The notes under the pieces: model-generated
The model's database searches: none
What the model was told of the DNA's origin: nothing
The model's input: only the letters and a program-made list of their open reading frames with translations
Assembly: GCA_030390025.1 (NCBI GenBank)
Contig: CM059425.1
Coordinates: 166,348,001 to 166,412,000 of the forward strand
Length of the DNA stretch: 64,000 nucleotides
Direction of reading: 5' to 3'
DNA from: Squalus acanthias
Taxonomy: Eukaryota
Part shown: positions 58,116 through 64,000 of the stretch, piece by piece
Numbering within the stretch: position 1 is the first letter of the stretch
Layout of the letters: the number at the start of each line of letters is the position of its first letter
Program-made: the position numbers and the translations under genes

Positions 58116-61100
58116 CTGTCAAGCCCGTGTGGTAGCTGGTGTGCAACGGCCACCCCACATTAAAATAATTCACGCACAGGCATCTTCCACCCTTTAAAAT
58201 GAAGTTCGGAACTGGAACGTCAGGACCCTCATGGACAACCCCAACAGTGATAGACCGGAACGCCGCACTGCTATCGTTGCCCGGGAGCTCAGACATTTCG
58301 ACATAGACATCGCCGCCTTAAGTGAGACCCGGTGGGCAGGGGAAGGCCAGCTCAAGGAGCAAGGTGGTGGCTACACCTTCTTCTGGAAAGGCAAACCTGA
58401 AGAAGAACGCCGCCTCCATGGGGTAGGCTTTGCTATAAAAAATGAACTAGTTGGGCATCTCAGAGACTCCCCTAGCGGTATAAATGAACGCCTCATGACT
58501 CTTTGGCTCACCCTAGCCCGGAACCAGTGCGCTATGGTCATCAGTGCGTACGCCCCAACACTGGAAGACACAGACAAGCCCAAAGAGGAAATCTACTCCA
58601 GCCTCGAACAATCCCTGTCCCGAGTCCCAACGGGCGACAAACTGATCCTCCTTGGCGACTTTAACGCCAGATTTGGAAAGGATACAGACTTCTGGGGAGG
58701 TGTGATCGGCAGAGAGGGGGTAGGGAAAGCCAACTCCAATGGTACCCTCCTCCTGTCGAAATGCTTAGAACATGGCCTTGTTATAACCAACACCTTGTTC
58801 ATCAGAGAGACAAGTACAAGGCTTCATGGCAGCACCCTCACTCCAAGCACTGGCATCTGCTGGACTACGTCATCATCCGAGCGAGGGACCGCAAGGACGT
58901 CCGCTTCACCCGCGCCATGACAGGAGCTGACGACTGCTGGACAGACCACCGCCTAATCCGCTCTGTCATCTCCATCAACGCAGCCCCAAAACAGCGGCGG
59001 CAACAGAAACAATGCCGCAGGAAAATTAACGCTGGAGCACTCAAAGACCCCGCTAAGAAAGCCCAATTCAGCCTGCGCCTCACAAACAACCTGATGACTC
59101 CCAGTGATTCAGAGACACAGAGTGCCCACAGCACCTGGTCTTCACTCAAGGCCTCCATAATCAGCACCTGTGAAGAGACGCTCGGTCACTCGACCAGGAA
59201 ACACAAAGACTGGTTCGATGAGAACGACCAGGAGATCCAGGAGCTAATAAGCCACAAGCGCAAGGTATTCCTGATCTGGAAACAGCAACAGAACTCAAGA
59301 GCAAGAAAGCAGCTCTCCAGACGCCTGAAGGCCGAGGTCCAACAAAAAACTCGCGACCTAAAGAACAGATGGTGGGTGGAGAAAACGCAGGAGATCCAGC
59401 AGCTACCTGACAACCACGACGTGTGTGGATTCTTTAGCGCAGTCAAGACCATCTACGGCCCAAGGCCCTACCCCTCTGCGGGCCAAGAATGGAGAGGTAC
59501 TCATCAAGAACAGAGAGGCAGTCAGTGCCCGCTGGAAGGAGCACTTCGAAGATCTCCTTAACCGCGACTCTGTCTTCGACGCGAATGTCCTCAACTCCAT
59601 CCCGCAGCATGCTACCCGCCACCATTTCAGCACAACCCCAGCCTGGCATGAGGTTGAAAAGGCCATCCGACAACTGAAGAACAACAAGGCCTCAGGAGCA
59701 GATGGAATCCCCGCCGAAGCACAAAAGCATGGCGGAGAAGCACTACTGGTGCAAATTCATGAACTAATTTCTCTTATATGGAAGGAGGAGAGCATGCCAG
59801 GGGATCTCAGAGATGCTGTAATTGTGACCATCTTCAAGAAAGGTGACAAGTCCGATTGCCATAATTACAGAGGAGTTTCCCTGCTGTCTGCCACAGGAAA
59901 AGTCATCGCAAGAATCCTCCTCAATCGCCTTCTCCCAGTGGCCGAAGAGCTCCTCCTAGAGTCGCAATGCGGATTCCGCCCACTAAGGGGCACAATGGAC
60001 ATGATCTTCACCGCACATCAATTATAAGAGAAATGCAGGGAACAGCACCAACCGCTGTACATGGCCTTCTTTGATCTCACAAAGGCCTTCGACACTGTCA
60101 ACCGTGAGGGATTATGGAATGTCCTCCTCAAATTCGGCTGCCCTCAAAAGTTTGTCACCATCCTCCGTCTGCTTCACGATGACATGCAAGCCGTGATCCT
60201 GACCAACGGTTCCACCACAGATCCAATTCACGTACGGACTGGGGTCAAGCAAGGCTGTGTCATCTCACCAACGCTCTTCTCAATCTTCCTTGCTGCAATG
60301 CTCCATCTCACCCTCAGTAAGCTCCCCACTGGAGTGGAGCTAATTTACAGAACAAACGGGAAACTGTTCAACCTCCGTCGCCTCCAGTCCAGATCCAAGG
60401 TCGTCCCATCCTCTGTCGTCGAATTACAGTATGCAGACGATGCTTGCGTCTGCGCTCACTTGGAGGTCGAACTCCAAACCATCGTCAACACCTTCACTGA
60501 AGCGTACGAGAGCATGGGCCTTACACTAAACATCCGTAAGACAAAGGTCCTCTACCAACCTGCCCCCGCCACACAGTACTGGCCCCCGATTATCAAAATC
60601 CACGACAAGGCCTTGGACAACGTGAACCACTTTCCATACCTCGGGAGCCTACTGTTAAAAAGGGCAGACGTCGACGACAAAGTCCAACACCGCCTTCAGT
60701 GTGCCAGTGCAGCCTTCGGTCGCCTGAGGAAGAGAGTGTTTGAAGACCAGGACCTCAAGCCCGGCACTAAGCTCATGGTCTACAGAGCAGCAGTGATACC
60801 CGCCCTGCTGTATGCCTCAGAGACATGGACCATCTACAGCAGGCACCTCAAAGCACTGGAGAGGTACCACCAACGCTGCCTCCGCAAGATCCTGCAAATC
60901 CATTGGCAGGATAGGCGCACCAACGTCCGTGTTCTTGCTCAGGCCAACATCCCCAGCATCGAAGCTTTGACCACGCTCGATCAGCTCCGATGGACGGGTC
61001 ACATTGTCCGCATGCCCGATACGAGACTCCCAAAACAAGCGCTCTACTCGGAGCTCCGGCACGGCAAGAGAGCCCCAGGTGGGCAGAGGAAATGCTTCAA

Positions 61101-61433
61101 GGACACCCTCAAAGTCTCCTTGAAAAAGTGTAACATCCCCACCGACACCTGGGAATCCCTGGCCCAAGACCGCACAAAGTGGAGGAGAAGCAACCGGGAA
61201 GGCGCCGAACACCTCGAGTCTCTTCGCCGGGAGCAAGCGGAAGCCAAGCACAGGCAGCGGAAGGAGCGCACGTCAACCCAAGCACCCCACCCACCCGCCC
61301 CTTCAACCACCGTCTGCCCCACCTGTGACAGAGACTGTAGGTCCTGCATTGGACTCATCAGTCACCTGAGAACTCATTTTTAATGTGGAAGCAAGTCATC
61401 CTCGGTTCCGAGGGACTGCCTAAGAAGAAGGAG
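58116..61433 (+). mobile_element. Essentially full-length RTE-clade LINE (frameshifted APE-RT ORF about 58199-61383) with 12-bp TSD
   Basis: ALSETR, ISAYAPT, LGDFNA, TDHRL, GVKQGC, YADD, CPTC..HLRTH; (AAG)n tail. AAAATTTCACCT at 58104-58115 and 61434-61445. Confidence 0.95.
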
Positions 61434-62757
61434 AAAATTTCACCTTCAGCAGTCCTGCGGTGTCACTGTGAACAATGGGGCCCATTTCCCATTCAATGCT
61501 CCCCAAGGCAGGTCAGGAAATCCATTCATTTAAATGGAAGTTAAATTAAGGTCTGCAGGCCCACAATTTCCTGACGAATGCTCCCTGTAAATGCTGCCCA
61601 CCTCTCTGCGAGCACCTGATCAGGGAATCAGCACAATTGGGAATGCAGGCATACGAGTCCCACGATTACACAATATGCACTCCCAGCATGCAAATCTGTG
61701 CACCAGAATATTAAAAAAGACAATTCATCACATTGACTTTGGACCTCAAACTTTAGCTGTCCCCCACATTTTCCTGCCAGTTTCTCCCTGTCACTTTTCA
61801 CTTTGCACAGATATTTTGGAGCAGTTTTACTCACATTTTATCTATCAACTGCCTTATCATGGCCTAAGGTGACCTTTGTATATCATTCAGTTCCTTTATG
61901 CTTCTTTCCAGATTTTTAAACAAAGAAAATCTATTACCAGGCTATTATACTTTGTCTTGAAGCTTCTCATTAGCTGGCATTTATCATATTTGACCTATAA
62001 TCTTTACCTATTGCTCTTTCCTCTTTGTTTGGGATCAGAGGTGTTCCTGCTTTCCCTTTTCAGTTTTGATGAAGGATTGCTACCCAACACATTAACAAAT
62101 CTTATTAGTGACTGACCTGCTGTGTGCTTCTGGCAATTTTGTATTTTTCCTTTTGTTACCTAGTTTTCGTACAGCTTTATGGAAAACCGATGTACAATAT
62201 TGTAAGGAGTTTTGTATTATGATGTACTTACTGTAATGCTATAAACTGTGAGCAACTGTTTTGGAAAAAACATATTCAGCTATTAATCTCAGTTGCAGAA
62301 TGGATTAAAACATGATTGAAGGTTCGGATGGAATGGAAGATTGGTATGGAATTTTCCAGTTAAGTAGATTTTACTTCACTTTAGCCATCATTTTCTGCTG
62401 ATCTCCAGTAGAAAGGAAAACAAATGCACAGCACAGTTCTCACACATTTCTAGTCCTCCACCTTTCCAGCAATAGGAAACCACTTGCTTGATTATACTAT
62501 TTCCTCTCCCCCTCAATTTTCTGCTATTGCCACTTATCTCTTAAAGGCACTGACACTCATTGGAGGTTTATTCTTTGCACATAGCAGAGCCAGTTTTCTA
62601 CTGCTTTGTGCCTTGGGAACACTTATTCACTGGGCACAAAGCAAGAAGTGGAGACATACCATGTTGATCTCTGCCTCATTTGCATTTCTCAGGATATCTG
62701 GGCTTCCCCGAGGCGGGCGGAGTGGCCAGTGGGGCGGGCGGGGGGGGGCGCGGAAGT

Positions 62758-63339
62758 GGTCTGAATCTTAACCCCCAAAACCGGTGGGTTGGGGTTGGGT
62801 GAGATGTTAAAACTTTAAAAATTTCAAACCTGGCCCCAACCCGCGGGTTTAACAGAGTGGGACAAGGGGAGGGCAGCCAACCCATTCCCAGGAGGCAGGT
62901 TGGCCAATTAAATATTTGAATGAGGCTGGCAGCCTTTGATTTAATTTGCCTTTCAGGTTTAACTCTGGCTAGCCGGGTTACCCAAGCTACTGAAGAGAGT
63001 TGAGGACAGCTTCGGGGAGAAGGTAAGTGCTTCCACATGGCCCCCCAAGCTCCCCACCCCATCAGAAACTCTCCCATAAACCCTCCACCCCGGGTCAGGG
63101 ATTGCATCCCCATCCCACACTCCCACTAGCAGCAGCAGGTAACTTACCTGTGGCTGCGGCCTCCTCCGGAGTGCTCCCTGCCCGACTGGAAGCCAAGCCT
63201 GTCAATCAGGTTGACTTTCAGGAGGGGATCTTATCAAAGTCAGAGCTCCACAGCATGCAGGGAAACCTGAGCTTCCAGGTTTCCCGACAGAAACTCTGCC
63301 CCCCTGCCTACGCAGCCCGCCCCTGTCAAGATTCAGCCC
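62758..63339. mobile_element. MITE with Harbinger-like TIRs
   Basis: GGTCTGAATCTT ... AAGATTCAGCCC. Confidence 0.6.
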
Positions 63340-63699
63340 AGTGTGCCTGTGCTTACAGTTGCTGTGAAATAAGTGCTGAGATGCTAATGAGGTAGAAGTT
63401 GGCATTCCTGGTGTTCCCACCTCAATTTCCTTCCATATTATCAGAAGGGTGTCTATTTCAAGGGTCATCCTGAAGAAGTGAGCTGCACGCCAAGCACCAA
63501 GTTCCTCTTCGATCGGATGATCAGAGAGAGGCTGGCAGCAAAGACGAAAGTCCCTTTTTCCTTCCAAGGACAGGGATTAGCACTGGAGGCCTTCTAGCTG
63601 TGGTTTTTGAACAGCCATTTCCTCTTTTGCTACCTCTGGCCTGTCCATCACAAAAAGCGTCTGTTTATAAGAGTGTACAAAGCATATATGAAGTATCTT

Positions 63700-64000
63700 T
63701 CAGCATCCATATTTATGGACACCTCCACATCAACCTGGACATGTCTTCACCACATCCACTTCACAAGTTTGGTTATCACAGAATTGTGCCATCTGCTTCG
63801 GGATGATCTGCAGATAACATCTAAGACAGATTTTCTCATAGAGGGGCTAATTACCACACCATGAAACTTACATGTTACCTGATCCTGCCAAGCCACATGA
63901 GGGTATATTTGCCACACCAAGCAGATAACAAATGATGTTTTTGCAAGGGGCCACACCTTCATCGCTTTGGAAATGAGGCACCAGCTGGACAGGACATAGA
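63700..64000 (+). pseudogene. Decayed PIF/Harbinger transposase N-terminal region
   Basis: HFT..VITELCHLLRDDLQ resembles the HARBI1-type N-terminal helix region; frameshifted. Confidence 0.5.

Noticed and set aside
58116..58190. HDV-like ribozyme at the RTE 5' end
   Set aside because: Known for some RTEs, but I could not assign P1-P4 pairings here. It needs a descriptor search on the family consensus.

Overview
Eukaryotic, repeat-saturated vertebrate DNA, most likely from a cartilaginous fish. That assignment is inferred from the repeat families: esterase-ORF1 CR1 LINEs, RTE, L2, Tx1, Penelope, V-SINE and Deu-type SINEs, and Harbinger relics. I could not support any host exon. The main feature is a 9.6-kb LTR provirus on the minus strand (998-10613), inserted in the RT region of a full-length CR1. 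It has near-identical 1.7-kb LTRs, a tRNA-Arg(TCG) PBS that overlaps the gag ATG, and a Gag with an overlapping PSAP/PPxY late domain and a CCHC knuckle. Almost all of pol is deleted; only the integrase C-terminus remains, split by a SINE. Its unusual envelope frame reads signal peptide, immunoglobulin-like domain, linker, then a long cysteine-rich class I fusion protein of F-protein type (lokiretrovirus/errantivirus-like), with two in-frame stops. The rest of the window is nested CR1, RTE, L2, SINE and MITE insertions, plus two Penelope relics with inverted terminal repeats carrying minimal hammerhead ribozyme motifs.
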